Source: a virus (taxonomy: Duplodnaviria > Caudoviricetes). Taken from it: 64,000 nt of DNA. The notes under the pieces are model-generated. The model was not told the DNA's origin. It did not search any database and saw nothing but the letters and a program-made list of their open reading frames with translations. Numbering within the stretch: the stretch's first letter is position 1; every line of letters begins with the position of its first letter. The stretch lies in IMG/VR virus record IMGVR_UViG_3300037067_018912, positions 32,001-96,000 of that record. One strand, written 5' to 3'. Shown piece by piece: positions 19,036 through 28,223 of the stretch. The translations under genes were made by a program, and so were the position numbers.

Positions 19036-19707
19036 ATGAAAAAATTAGCGGTTTTGTTGATTATGGTGCTTGTTGTAATTAACACTTATGGGCAAAAATC
19101 GGGCGCATTTGGTATGATTTTTAACTCTCCCGAACATGCGACACTTTTCAAGTACTTTATTGATAGAAATTGCGTACATACTTTAAATGCGTATATATCG
19201 GGTTCTGATCACAGCACCATTGAATATTATGAGAACCATATTAATTATGTGAAAAATTCATATTATTCTTTTGTTGAAAACGGAAAATTATATGTGTTAT
19301 CATATGGTGATGTCAGAATAACAGAACATTGGACGAATTCCATCAACAGTATTGAAAGAGATTTACTTCTTTTTTGTTGGGATGGAACGAAATGGATTGT
19401 AGTGATCGACGAACCAATACAAACTGATACATATAAATATTTTGGTGACGAATATAATGGTTATTGGGTTTTAAAAAATTATTATCCCAAATTATGCCAT
19501 GATGGAATTACGCCCGAATATGGCCAAAAAGTTGAAAAGAAGGAAAACGGAGACATTAAAATTATTTTAGCGAGTAGCGAATATATCACCAGTAAAATGA
19601 ATTGGTCGAATATTTATATTGAAACGATCGTTTTAGAATCAAATAATGATGGCACATATCATTTAAAAAACAAAAGTGGTAAAAAACAAATAGAAAGTAA
19701 ATTTTAA
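19036..19707 (+). CDS. Secreted hypothetical protein
   Basis: MKKLAVLLIMVLVVINTYG/Q signal peptide of Bacteroidota type. Confidence 0.7.
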   Translation: MKKLAVLLIMVLVVINTYGQKSGAFGMIFNSPEHATLFKYFIDRNCVHTLNAYISGSDHSTIEYYENHINYVKNSYYSFVENGKLYVLSYGDVRITEHWTNSINSIERDLLLFCWDGTKWIVVIDEPIQTDTYKYFGDEYNGYWVLKNYYPKLCHDGITPEYGQKVEKKENGDIKIILASSEYITSKMNWSNIYIETIVLESNNDGTYHLKNKSGKKQIESKF

Positions 19708-20141
19708 TGACCAAAGCAGTCCCCTATATTCGAACAATGGGTGGCGAGAGATTCAAGGAGTTTCTCGCTATTCCTTTTTCCATAGACATGTTGCATCCCG
19801 TAATTCCCGCACTCAACACCCCTCCTAATGAAATTCTTTTCATGGGTTGGAAAGGTAAAGAAATGATCGGTTGGTGGAAATTTACCGACGAAAATAAAAA
19901 CATCCTTGAACTCTATCCCGAATCGTACAAAGTGTTTGTCAAAACCAAGACGTATACTTTTCCAATACCAAAGACCCTCAATGACTTCATAAACGACATG
20001 GATAGGGTCGGCATCGCCCTGTATTGGAGTGAATGGGTTGAGAAGACCTTTGAACCCAAGGACTATCTTGACAAAAATGAAATCTACACTTACCACATCA
20101 ACCTGCTTGGCAGGATGGGCAAGTCTCAGGAGTTGAACTGA
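19707..20141 (+). CDS. Hypothetical protein
   Basis: TAATG overlap with upstream gene. Confidence 0.7.
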   Translation: MTKAVPYIRTMGGERFKEFLAIPFSIDMLHPVIPALNTPPNEILFMGWKGKEMIGWWKFTDENKNILELYPESYKVFVKTKTYTFPIPKTLNDFINDMDRVGIALYWSEWVEKTFEPKDYLDKNEIYTYHINLLGRMGKSQELN

Positions 20142-20146
20142 GAAAG

Positions 20147-20178
20147 TTTGCCATTCCCGTTTTTTTTCATTACATTTG
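20147..20178 (+). promoter_or_regulatory. Bacteroidota primary-sigma promoter
   Basis: TTTG-N20-TACATTTG. Confidence 0.7.
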
Positions 20179-20198
20179 CCATATGATATTAATTTCAT

Positions 20199-20453
20199 AT
20201 GGGAACATCAAGGAAAAGAATACAGAAAACCCCCGTTCTTGACCAATTCCATTATCATGAGGCAATGGATAGGACGTACATCGCCGGAGACGTCGTCGAA
20301 CGGATGCTAATCGACCACCCGGTGTTTGACAAGCATAAGAAGTTGAAACACAAGGTCGAAAAGGCATTGGAACTTCTTGCTGAAACATATCAAGAATTAG
20401 GTAGGTTGGAATTCGAACTGTTTGACAAGTATAAGGCTGCTGACAGCCAATAA
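20199..20453 (+). CDS. Hypothetical protein
   Basis: LDQFHYHEAMDRT motif common in phage proteins. Confidence 0.75.
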   Translation: MGTSRKRIQKTPVLDQFHYHEAMDRTYIAGDVVERMLIDHPVFDKHKKLKHKVEKALELLAETYQELGRLEFELFDKYKAADSQ

Positions 20454-20720
20454 GTTGGTTCTTTCCGGTTTTTCAAGTATTTATTAGTACCCAAAGAATG
20501 GAAAAATTATTCGACATATTGAAGAAAATTCGACAAAATACACCCCCAGATATAAGGATTTTGGCAAAAAATCGTGGGTCAAACTCCCCAATACCCGGAA
20601 AAATACAGATTTCCGGGCATTTTAGTCTAAAAACGGTACTTATTCACAAAAAACCGACGAAAATTCTCATTGGTTAAAGTACTGTTATTCACAAAAATAA
20701 CATTATTAAATTCAAAGACT

Positions 20721-21659
20721 ATGAAAAGTACGAATTCTATTTTTCGCAGGCTGAAAGTCGCTTCTGCAATCTTCCGTAAATTGGTGATTGCTTTTGTGAT
20801 CTTGCTTGCAATAAATGTGGCAGTCTTTTTCAGTTCAGTCCCTATGAATGCCTCCGGCTTCCCTGATGACAGCACTTCGGTTAACACCAAAGCCAGCGTC
20901 CTGTTATATGAAAATTTCATGTTGAGAAAAAAATACGTCGAACTTGAAAGAAGATTGAACGACATCGAATATGAATTGGTGTCAATCAACGATTACGACA
21001 ATTACATTTATTATCAAACGTTGGGTGGTGATGTAGACAATATCGACCTCCCAACCTTTAAAAATTACTCGAATTTTGAAACGGTTTCAATAGATTCTAT
21101 CTTTGCATATCTCGACAAAAGAAGTTTGAATGTTTCATACGTGGCCTCAAACCAATTGGAACAAATGATTCAGACCTCCGACGAGATAAAAAAGAATGGG
21201 AATATATTAAACTACTATCCGACTATCTCCCCGGTTAAGACCGCTGACTTCATCAGGGTCATATCAGGATTTGGTTGGAGAAAGCATCCGGTTTATCATA
21301 CACCTCTATTCCACGACGGTATTGACATTGATGCAAAAAAGGGTGTCAAGGTTTATGCCACGATGGATGGGATCGTTGATAAGGTAGTGTATTCAAAATT
21401 TGGATACGGTAACAAAATCATTATTAAGAATCCAAGGGGTTTCGAGGTGCTTTACGCTCATCTCGGAAAAATATCTGTGAAAACCGGGCAAACAATCTGC
21501 AAAGGTGATGCTGTTGGAACAGTGAGTAACACCGGATTGACTACAGGAGATCATTTACATTATGAAATCCGAGTGAATGGTGAATTGAAAGACCCATTGG
21601 CTTACTTCTATAGTTATTTAACAACGAAATGGTTGGCTGAAAATGGAAACAAGGATTAA
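20721..21659 (+). CDS. M23 peptidoglycan endopeptidase, N-terminal TM
   Basis: SGFGWR.HP, FHDGIDI, GYGN, LYAHL, TGDHLHYE. Confidence 0.93.
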   Translation: MKSTNSIFRRLKVASAIFRKLVIAFVILLAINVAVFFSSVPMNASGFPDDSTSVNTKASVLLYENFMLRKKYVELERRLNDIEYELVSINDYDNYIYYQTLGGDVDNIDLPTFKNYSNFETVSIDSIFAYLDKRSLNVSYVASNQLEQMIQTSDEIKKNGNILNYYPTISPVKTADFIRVISGFGWRKHPVYHTPLFHDGIDIDAKKGVKVYATMDGIVDKVVYSKFGYGNKIIIKNPRGFEVLYAHLGKISVKTGQTICKGDAVGTVSNTGLTTGDHLHYEIRVNGELKDPLAYFYSYLTTKWLAENGNKD

Positions 21660-21954
21660 AACCGTACATGAGGAACAAAGTTCCGATGGGAAAAGGACGT
21701 TCGGAGTCCTATTGAACTACCCACATGAAAATGAGATCGGACTGATCGCCGAAGGATGGAAGGACAGTTTCATCTATCTTTTCAAAAGCGATAGGTATAT
21801 TTTCTTCGACACCATTATCGACATGATTGATTATGAATTATATGGTGACATGGGTAAGGTCAGAAGGGCGTATATGAGCGAAGAGGAGTTTGATGCGTAC
21901 TACGATTCGCATCACATCGACGGCACTTTCACTGAGAAATTGAAGTGGCAGTGA
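21643..21954 (+). CDS. Hypothetical protein
   Basis: ORF overlapping the M23 end. Confidence 0.65.
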   Translation: METRIKTVHEEQSSDGKRTFGVLLNYPHENEIGLIAEGWKDSFIYLFKSDRYIFFDTIIDMIDYELYGDMGKVRRAYMSEEEFDAYYDSHHIDGTFTEKLKWQ

Positions 21955-22022
21955 GATTTTGATTTTAAAGCGTTTTAACAGGACGTCAAGGGAAATAATA
22001 GGGCAAGACCTGAAAAGGATTT

Positions 22023-22053
22023 AAACCCCTCAGATTTGAAATTTGAGGGGTTT
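22023..22053. terminator. Bidirectional terminator between convergent blocks
   Basis: AAACCCCTCAGATTT-G-AAATTTGAGGGGTTT inverted repeat. Confidence 0.8.
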
Positions 22054-22098
22054 ATTGCTTTATTTCGGTAGATGTGTTAGGATAAAAGGAGAAATGTT

Positions 22099-23967
22099 TT
22101 AACGATTTCTAATCAGACTCATATTGCCTTTTAAATCGGATAATTCAAGTTCAAGTCTGTTAATCTGTTGTTGCTGCTCCTTGACCGCTTCAATGAGAAC
22201 GGCGGTCAATTTATCGTATTTTAATCCTAATTTATCGTCGATGATGCCATATTTAGCATCCTCTTCAGCGGGGATCGTATGGGAAACAACTTCCGGTAAT
22301 ACTTTCATTACTTCTTGTGCGATGAGTCCAATATTCAATTCACATTTTTCATCGCCGCAGAGATGATAAGAAACCCCTTGCAACTGCGTCACTATCGATA
22401 AAGCATCCGTGATCGGTTCAATATCCTTTTTCAGCCTAACGTCTGATGTAGCGATCCAATCGGGTGCAACACCGCAAGTTCCTGCACAGACACATGTGCC
22501 CGCTGCAAGACATGCAACAGCACAAACATATGTGGCTGCACGAGTATAACTACCTGAACACACATATGTACCTGCAAGAAGATATCCGGTTGAACAAGTA
22601 TAGTTGATGGAAGCAATGGCTGCAGCAGAAGTGATTGAACTACTTACACACAATGCTCCTGTGATACAAATACCGGGAGAGGAAATGGTGTTCAATACCA
22701 ACGTAGTTCCATTACGATATATATAAACTTCTCCAGGAGTACCAATAACAGTACCACTACCCGCTTGACCTCCTTTAATACAAACATCACCACCAGTACC
22801 ACCTATACCAGCAGTAATCGGATAACCCGAACCACCAGCACCTCCGGCTATTACTACATCACCACCAGCACCACCATTTTGATTGATATTTGATGTAGCA
22901 TTACCACCAACACCACCACAAAAAAGTGCCGCACCACCACTACCACCTTGAGCACCATCGGTGTTAATACCCCCAATGCCAGAACAAAGATTGAGTGCGC
23001 CACCAGCACCAGATTGAGTACTTGAATTATATGCGCCACCACATCCTGACCTAATTATAATTGCGCCACCTGCCGCAGTACTATTACCAGTATTATCTTG
23101 ACCAACGACACATATTGTATTTCCAAGACCGGATGCTGCGGGCAGACAAATAATTCTTGCTGCACCCGTTCTAAAAACCAAATTACCTGCTAAATCCAAA
23201 GAAGTTCCATTAAACGTAAGATTAGCCTGTGAACAAATTTTATTTGCATCAATATAAGTACCAATACCATTTGCAGTCGTACCCGACCATGTAAGTCCAC
23301 CGCCACCAACTTGTGATAATACCCATTCTTTATCAACAAGTGAACGATCAGTATAATTTGAAGAATAATTACTACAGTATTCAATTCCGGGAAATCCGGT
23401 TGTACCACTAACTTTTATACATGTAGAGTATTGATTTATATATGTTGTACTTGTCCCACATCTTACACATAATTGATTAAGATTTACAGAGGTATCACTA
23501 TATGACGAAATTTGAGTATATTGTGTGGGTGCTTGTTGAATCTGTCCTGCAAACAAACGTGCAAGTTTATACCCCGACACCAAAACATCGGCACAACATG
23601 CACCACCACCAATATCACCAGACCCCATACATATTGCATTACTACCTGCATCAACCCCAAATACTACTCCCGAACTTGCATTAATATCGGTATTCTGTAT
23701 TGAAAAATATCTGGTATTGTTGTGGAGTATACGTGTAGTACCTGTCAACGTGCCTCCCAATGATATGTATGAACCTATTTTAGTTAAACCATTACTTGCA
23801 CCGTTCACCGTGCCGAACGGGGTGCTCCAAGCGGCATTTCCATTGGCATCGGATGTTAATACGCATCCCGATGCCGCTCCGGTTGAAACCCTGAGTGTCG
23901 CACCGCTGATCAACCCGGTGGCGTGGACGTTTTTGGTATCGATCGATGAAAGGAATTTTAAATCCAT
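22099..23967 (-). CDS. Tail fibre with Gly-rich shaft and C-terminal intramolecular chaperone (peptidase S74)
   Basis: GGAGG repeats; TSDVRLKKDI...GLIAQEV..VLPEVV...YDKLTAVLIEAVKE. Confidence 0.9.
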   Translation of the reverse strand: MDLKFLSSIDTKNVHATGLISGATLRVSTGAASGCVLTSDANGNAAWSTPFGTVNGASNGLTKIGSYISLGGTLTGTTRILHNNTRYFSIQNTDINASSGVVFGVDAGSNAICMGSGDIGGGACCADVLVSGYKLARLFAGQIQQAPTQYTQISSYSDTSVNLNQLCVRCGTSTTYINQYSTCIKVSGTTGFPGIEYCSNYSSNYTDRSLVDKEWVLSQVGGGGLTWSGTTANGIGTYIDANKICSQANLTFNGTSLDLAGNLVFRTGAARIICLPAASGLGNTICVVGQDNTGNSTAAGGAIIIRSGCGGAYNSSTQSGAGGALNLCSGIGGINTDGAQGGSGGAALFCGGVGGNATSNINQNGGAGGDVVIAGGAGGSGYPITAGIGGTGGDVCIKGGQAGSGTVIGTPGEVYIYRNGTTLVLNTISSPGICITGALCVSSSITSAAAIASINYTCSTGYLLAGTYVCSGSYTRAATYVCAVACLAAGTCVCAGTCGVAPDWIATSDVRLKKDIEPITDALSIVTQLQGVSYHLCGDEKCELNIGLIAQEVMKVLPEVVSHTIPAEEDAKYGIIDDKLGLKYDKLTAVLIEAVKEQQQQINRLELELSDLKGNMSLIRNR

Positions 23968-23983
23968 GTCTGTTGTATTTATT

Positions 23984-23991
23984 ATAAATAC
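23984..23991 (-). promoter_or_regulatory. Putative late promoter GTATTTAT
   Basis: Same motif recurs about 14-17 nt upstream of many structural and lysis gene starts. Confidence 0.65.
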
Positions 23992-24054
23992 AAAAAAAAG
24001 GAGTAAATTTTTGAAATCTACCCCTTTTCAGGCAAGAAATTAACATAGATCGTA

Positions 24055-24855
24055 TTACAACATCTTCATGAGGGTCATGAGTTGCATAGTAAGGTTGGTT
24101 TGTGTGGCCGATTGAAGTGCCATAAATTCAAGAGTCTTCGGCTGATTGATTTTGATATTTTCCCAATAATACTTTGATAATTCACTTGCCGTCATCAAAT
24201 CAGTTGTCTTCTTCAAATTCAAAAAATCGGCTATCAGCACCAGTGATGTTTTATCGTAACCATTAAATTTCCATACGTGTTGAATATCAACCACACTCGA
24301 TTCCCAAGGTTTAGCATCCAACGCCTTTCTGACGATCAGAGGTAGTTGTTTAACATCAAGTTTCTCCTTGTGTAAGAGAAATCTTTTTATAAGCAGTGGA
24401 ATGTCGTGTCCAAGGATATCAAATCCACAAAATGCAGGAAAATATTGTGGGGTGGATTGTACACCTTCTTTGGAAAGTTCTTGTAAAATGTTAATGAAAT
24501 CGTTGACGACCACAGTTTCCTCATCTCCCACAAGTTTTCTTATGAATCTTTTGATTTCACCGCCATTTTCGTCACCAGAAAGGTTTCCGTATGTAATCGC
24601 CACAATACGGGAATATTCCGGGTAATATGGAGCATTATTTTCATATGTGTTCCACAAAAGAAGTGGTACTGTTTCAATACTCTCAAAATCAACATTGTAT
24701 TTCGTCTTCGAAATGCTTTTCCACCTCTCAAATAATATAGGATCACCTTTTTGAAGTTCATCAAGGTTTGGGTATACCAAAACCGATTTGATGTTGAAGA
24801 ACAATACTTCAAACGCTCCGGTCTTACTGAAGACCTTTTCAAATAGTTGTGCCAT
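24055..24855 (-). CDS. PolB-exonuclease-like protein, probably inactive
   Basis: PEYSRIVAITYG, CGFDILGHDIPLL, KPWE..VD...WKF; DIE motif appears as NIK. Confidence 0.65.
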   Translation of the reverse strand: MAQLFEKVFSKTGAFEVLFFNIKSVLVYPNLDELQKGDPILFERWKSISKTKYNVDFESIETVPLLLWNTYENNAPYYPEYSRIVAITYGNLSGDENGGEIKRFIRKLVGDEETVVVNDFINILQELSKEGVQSTPQYFPAFCGFDILGHDIPLLIKRFLLHKEKLDVKQLPLIVRKALDAKPWESSVVDIQHVWKFNGYDKTSLVLIADFLNLKKTTDLMTASELSKYYWENIKINQPKTLEFMALQSATQTNLTMQLMTLMKML

Positions 24856-24902
24856 ATGGATTTTGATTAGTTGTTATTGCCAAACAAATATAGCAAATAA
24901 AA

Positions 24903-25442
24903 CTACATGTTGAAAATAAATCTGAAAAATCTTGCGATCTTGGTAAAAAACGACTTCGACTTCCTTTCCCGTTTGATATCCAAGAATATCACCTTGACAT
25001 CATCGAGACTGTATGATTGTAATTCTTCCGCCGTGTGTTTTCCTTTGGAATGTTTTAATATGTAAAGGATATGTTTGTATTTCACCATAGTTTCGGTGTT
25101 CTTCTTGGCCTCAATCTCTCGCAGGAATCTTTCGCCTTTCTCCATTATTTCGGCGGCGGTCTTATCTTTGACTTTTTTCGTATAGTCCTCGATGTTTTTC
25201 ACGAATGAACCGTAATCCTTATCATCGTCATTGGAATCTATTGATACAGATTTCTCAAGTACTTTTTCCGGTGGAACGGTTCTGATTTCCGGCCTCTCCA
25301 ACTTCCTCGGTTCTTTCTTGGGAGGTTTCAATTCCGGTTGTTGTGCCATTAAGACCTCTGGAATTTCAACCTTCTTCTCAACGAAGTTTTTTGCATCCGG
25401 TTGCCCCGTCCTGCTTTTAACATTTCTTGAAGTTGTTGACAT
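24903..25442 (-). CDS. Hypothetical protein
   Basis: ORF in operon. Confidence 0.75.
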   Translation of the reverse strand: MSTTSRNVKSRTGQPDAKNFVEKKVEIPEVLMAQQPELKPPKKEPRKLERPEIRTVPPEKVLEKSVSIDSNDDDKDYGSFVKNIEDYTKKVKDKTAAEIMEKGERFLREIEAKKNTETMVKYKHILYILKHSKGKHTAEELQSYSLDDVKVIFLDIKRERKSKSFFTKIARFFRFIFNM

Positions 25443-25454
25443 GAAGATATTTTA

Positions 25455-25976
25455 TTATTCGAGTTCCAATAAGGTAGTCTCCGTATTAACAGATTCTTTT
25501 TCTTTTGATTCAACCGATTTTGGTTCTTCTACAGGCTTTTCCAAGGGTTTTTTCCTGGAAGGTTTCTTCTCTGAACTTTTTTGAAGAGTCTCCGTTAAAT
25601 TCTTGAATGAGTTGACTTTCAATAGTTCGAGTTCGTCATAAAATTTCTTCGCCTCTTTTTCGAATGCACCTTTCATCTGTTCTACCTTCTGATTGAAAAG
25701 TTTTTCCTTTTCAGCGATCTTCTTATTGGTCCTGACGATTGCTTCCACGAAAGAGATTAAATCATCTATAACAACACTGTAGTTCTTCGGTGATATTTTT
25801 ATCAATTTACCTTCATCTGTTTCGGTTATAATTTCACAACCAATGCTTTTATTATCACCATAAACCCAACTCTTGGGAATGCCAACTTTCAATTCATACC
25901 ACCCCTTTTCCGGATTTCTCTCCATTGAAAGGAGATAGCCTGTTACAGGTTCTAATACCGATTCGACTGTCTTCAT
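25455..25976 (-). CDS. Hypothetical coiled-coil protein
   Basis: ORF in operon. Confidence 0.75.
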   Translation of the reverse strand: MKTVESVLEPVTGYLLSMERNPEKGWYELKVGIPKSWVYGDNKSIGCEIITETDEGKLIKISPKNYSVVIDDLISFVEAIVRTNKKIAEKEKLFNQKVEQMKGAFEKEAKKFYDELELLKVNSFKNLTETLQKSSEKKPSRKKPLEKPVEEPKSVESKEKESVNTETTLLELE

Positions 25977-26182
25977 TTAATTAAGTATGATAAAAACACT
26001 GTTAATGAAATCCAAAGCAGGATTTTTTCGTCCTTTGTTAGGACAAAGCGTGTTTCGGCTTTCAATTTAAACCTTCCATACGCTTTCAGGATCACATTCC
26101 CAAGGATGTAGATCATGAAAACGATGGAAGATATAAATAACGCCTGATATATTTCAGTCAATATGCTTGTCAACAATGCCAT
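25973..26182 (-). CDS. Small two-TM protein
   Basis: ATGA overlap; hydrophobic segments. Confidence 0.65.
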   Translation of the reverse strand: MALLTSILTEIYQALFISSIVFMIYILGNVILKAYGRFKLKAETRFVLTKDEKILLWISLTVFLSYLIK

Positions 26183-26185
26183 CGA

Positions 26186-26461
26186 TTATTCACCGTGCGT
26201 CTGTCCTGGATGGACTACACCAACTGGTGCTCCTGCAGGTGCTGGAACGGGTGCTGCAGCAGGTGGAGCATCTTGGAAGTATTGACCGACCAATCCCAAT
26301 TCCGCATTCAATGTTGCGATTTTTTCAAGTTGAACTTGCATGTCATCGATCTTCGTCTTGTATTTCATGTTGGGATCGGCTGCAAGACGGACTAATTCAA
26401 GTTCTGCATAATACTTCTTGTTCATCAAGTCGTTCAAAAGGTCTTTTTTCAAATCTGCCAT
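26186..26461 (-). CDS. Hypothetical protein with Pro/Ala tail
   Basis: ORF in operon. Confidence 0.7.
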   Translation of the reverse strand: MADLKKDLLNDLMNKKYYAELELVRLAADPNMKYKTKIDDMQVQLEKIATLNAELGLVGQYFQDAPPAAAPVPAPAGAPVGVVHPGQTHGE

Positions 26462-26539
26462 AACGTTTTTGCTTTTTAAAGGTAACTGTTATTTATAATC
26501 ATTAAAAATAATGATTATATAGTCGAGATGCAAGAGTTT

Positions 26540-26968
26540 TTAAACAATTTCCAAAATATTTTTCTCTTGGTTTATCGACTTGTCATAAATAGTGTAAATT
26601 TCAATTAATATGTTGATAATGTTCTTATTTTTCTGTTTGTCTATCTCGAAGATGTTTCTCCAAAACTTCTCATAATATGCCAAGGACGTGTCCTTGTTGC
26701 TATCTCCCTTGATTTTGTAATATTGGTGGTAATAATAAGAATAGTAATATTCTTTCAATTCCTTGTTATTCCTGAAATCGATATTCTCCTTCAAGAACTC
26801 TTCACAGACCTTGTTGTAACACCATGAATAGTGGTTGTATATATCCTCATTCACCTTGAGGGTCTCCCGGTCAAGATAATAGGCGTCAATGTAATACAAG
26901 AGATTCAATGTGAAATCCTTATAGATTTCAACACGGTCTTTCACTATTATGTATTTCTTACTGTTCAT
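26540..26968 (-). CDS. Hypothetical protein
   Basis: ORF directly after the amidase. Confidence 0.75.
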   Translation of the reverse strand: MNSKKYIIVKDRVEIYKDFTLNLLYYIDAYYLDRETLKVNEDIYNHYSWCYNKVCEEFLKENIDFRNNKELKEYYYSYYYHQYYKIKGDSNKDTSLAYYEKFWRNIFEIDKQKNKNIINILIEIYTIYDKSINQEKNILEIV

Positions 26969-26969
26969 T

Positions 26970-27743
26970 TTATTTTGCCAACGATTTCAACATTTCAATC
27001 AATTCTGGCTGCGGATGACAATCGGACTTTCCACTTCCCCTGAAACTGACATGTGTCCATATTCCAGGCCATCCTCCTAACGCCTTTGTCGACTTATTCC
27101 ACATTGCAGAATGATAGACAAGAGGAATATTATACTTTTCATGCCAATACATCAACAATTTTCGCACCGATTCAATCTGTGCATCCGTATATTTTTCATA
27201 CCCGTTGAATCCCATGAACCCCTGTGGGTATTCTTGAACATTTTGGATTGGTTTTACGCTCGTATTTGGAACGTTTTTACGGAGATTCTTGTCCCATTTC
27301 ACAGGATACCACTTGTCGTCTTTTTTCATTAACGCACCCCATGAATCAATCTCAATTCCAATTGATCCCTTGTTCAGTTCTTCATTATTGGATGTTTTGC
27401 ATCCCAAGTGATGTGCCCAATACTTGGTTGAAAAACATTGGTATATTTTACCGTCCCATCCAATAATAACCGCCGTCCCAATCCTTTCAACAGTTTGTCT
27501 CCACCATGAAATGTCTCCATCAACACCCTGTCCCGACACGGTATGATGTAAGACAATTTGCTTCTTTTCCGTCTGTTCTCTGAAATATTGATTGTCCGGA
27601 AAATCAACCTGAATAATGTCATTGAGATCAAGTTTCGGTTTGGAGTTTTCAACCATATCAACAGCCTCGTCATTCTTGACCGCCGCAGCATATGATTTGG
27701 TATCTTTTAACAGACCCAACGATAATAGATTCCAACTTATCAT
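26970..27743 (-). CDS. N-acetylmuramoyl-L-alanine amidase (endolysin candidate)
   Basis: IVLHHT, WAHHLG, SIGIEI, YTDAQIES, THVS..KSDCHP; start trimmed using the GTATTTAT motif at 27759-27766. Confidence 0.9.
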   Translation of the reverse strand: MISWNLLSLGLLKDTKSYAAAVKNDEAVDMVENSKPKLDLNDIIQVDFPDNQYFREQTEKKQIVLHHTVSGQGVDGDISWWRQTVERIGTAVIIGWDGKIYQCFSTKYWAHHLGCKTSNNEELNKGSIGIEIDSWGALMKKDDKWYPVKWDKNLRKNVPNTSVKPIQNVQEYPQGFMGFNGYEKYTDAQIESVRKLLMYWHEKYNIPLVYHSAMWNKSTKALGGWPGIWTHVSFRGSGKSDCHPQPELIEMLKSLAK

Positions 27744-27784
27744 GGCAATATTTTTTATATAAATACTGCCAACTTCATTAGATG

Positions 27785-27813
27785 AAAAAGGGGCGTCGAA
27801 CCCGACACCCCCG
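27785..27813 (-). terminator. Rho-independent terminator
   Basis: Minus strand GGGGTGTCG-GGTT-CGACGCCCC-TTTTT. Confidence 0.7.
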
Positions 27814-27840
27814 TTTAACAAGTTTAAATAAAACGGTCTT

Positions 27841-28212
27841 TCACTCGTGATAATATTTTTCAGCCAATTGATTGTACTGCTCCAATGTGACACCCAATTC
27901 CTTTGCAATCCTTTTAATCCTCAGATTGTTCAATTTTACTGCACTGAAAAGATATAATACAAGTATTCCAAGTATTATGCTGTATGCTATCGTCGCTGTT
28001 CCAATGATCGCCCTTGGTGCGCTAAATGCCGTACCGAGAAATCCTATCACAAACAAGCCGATCAGGGTGTATATGACGACGTTGTTCAGAACCATGTCTT
28101 TTGCCACAGTCTGTCTTGAGAAATAACGGTAAGCGAACTTAATCCATCCGCTTGGCAGATGATTGTTGTACGCCTTCCAAAATTGTTCGTATGTAATGTC
28201 CTTAACGCCCAT
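27841..28212 (-). CDS. Two-TM membrane protein (holin candidate by position only)
   Basis: Two hydrophobic segments, directly upstream of the amidase. Confidence 0.6.
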   Translation of the reverse strand: MGVKDITYEQFWKAYNNHLPSGWIKFAYRYFSRQTVAKDMVLNNVVIYTLIGLFVIGFLGTAFSAPRAIIGTATIAYSIILGILVLYLFSAVKLNNLRIKRIAKELGVTLEQYNQLAEKYYHE

Positions 28213-28223
28213 GATGATAAATT

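Noticed and set aside
20498-20720. Programmed frameshift fusing the uORF to the M23 peptidase
   Set aside because: It would need a +1 shift, no canonical in-frame slippery site is present, and M23 has its own ATG and N-terminal TM
22700-23150. ACC/GGT-rich DNA repeats
   Set aside because: Explained by Gly-rich codons in the tail fibre shaft
27744-27908. N-terminal extension of the amidase in the ORF track
   Set aside because: It spans a terminator and the late promoter motif; the start at 27743 fits better
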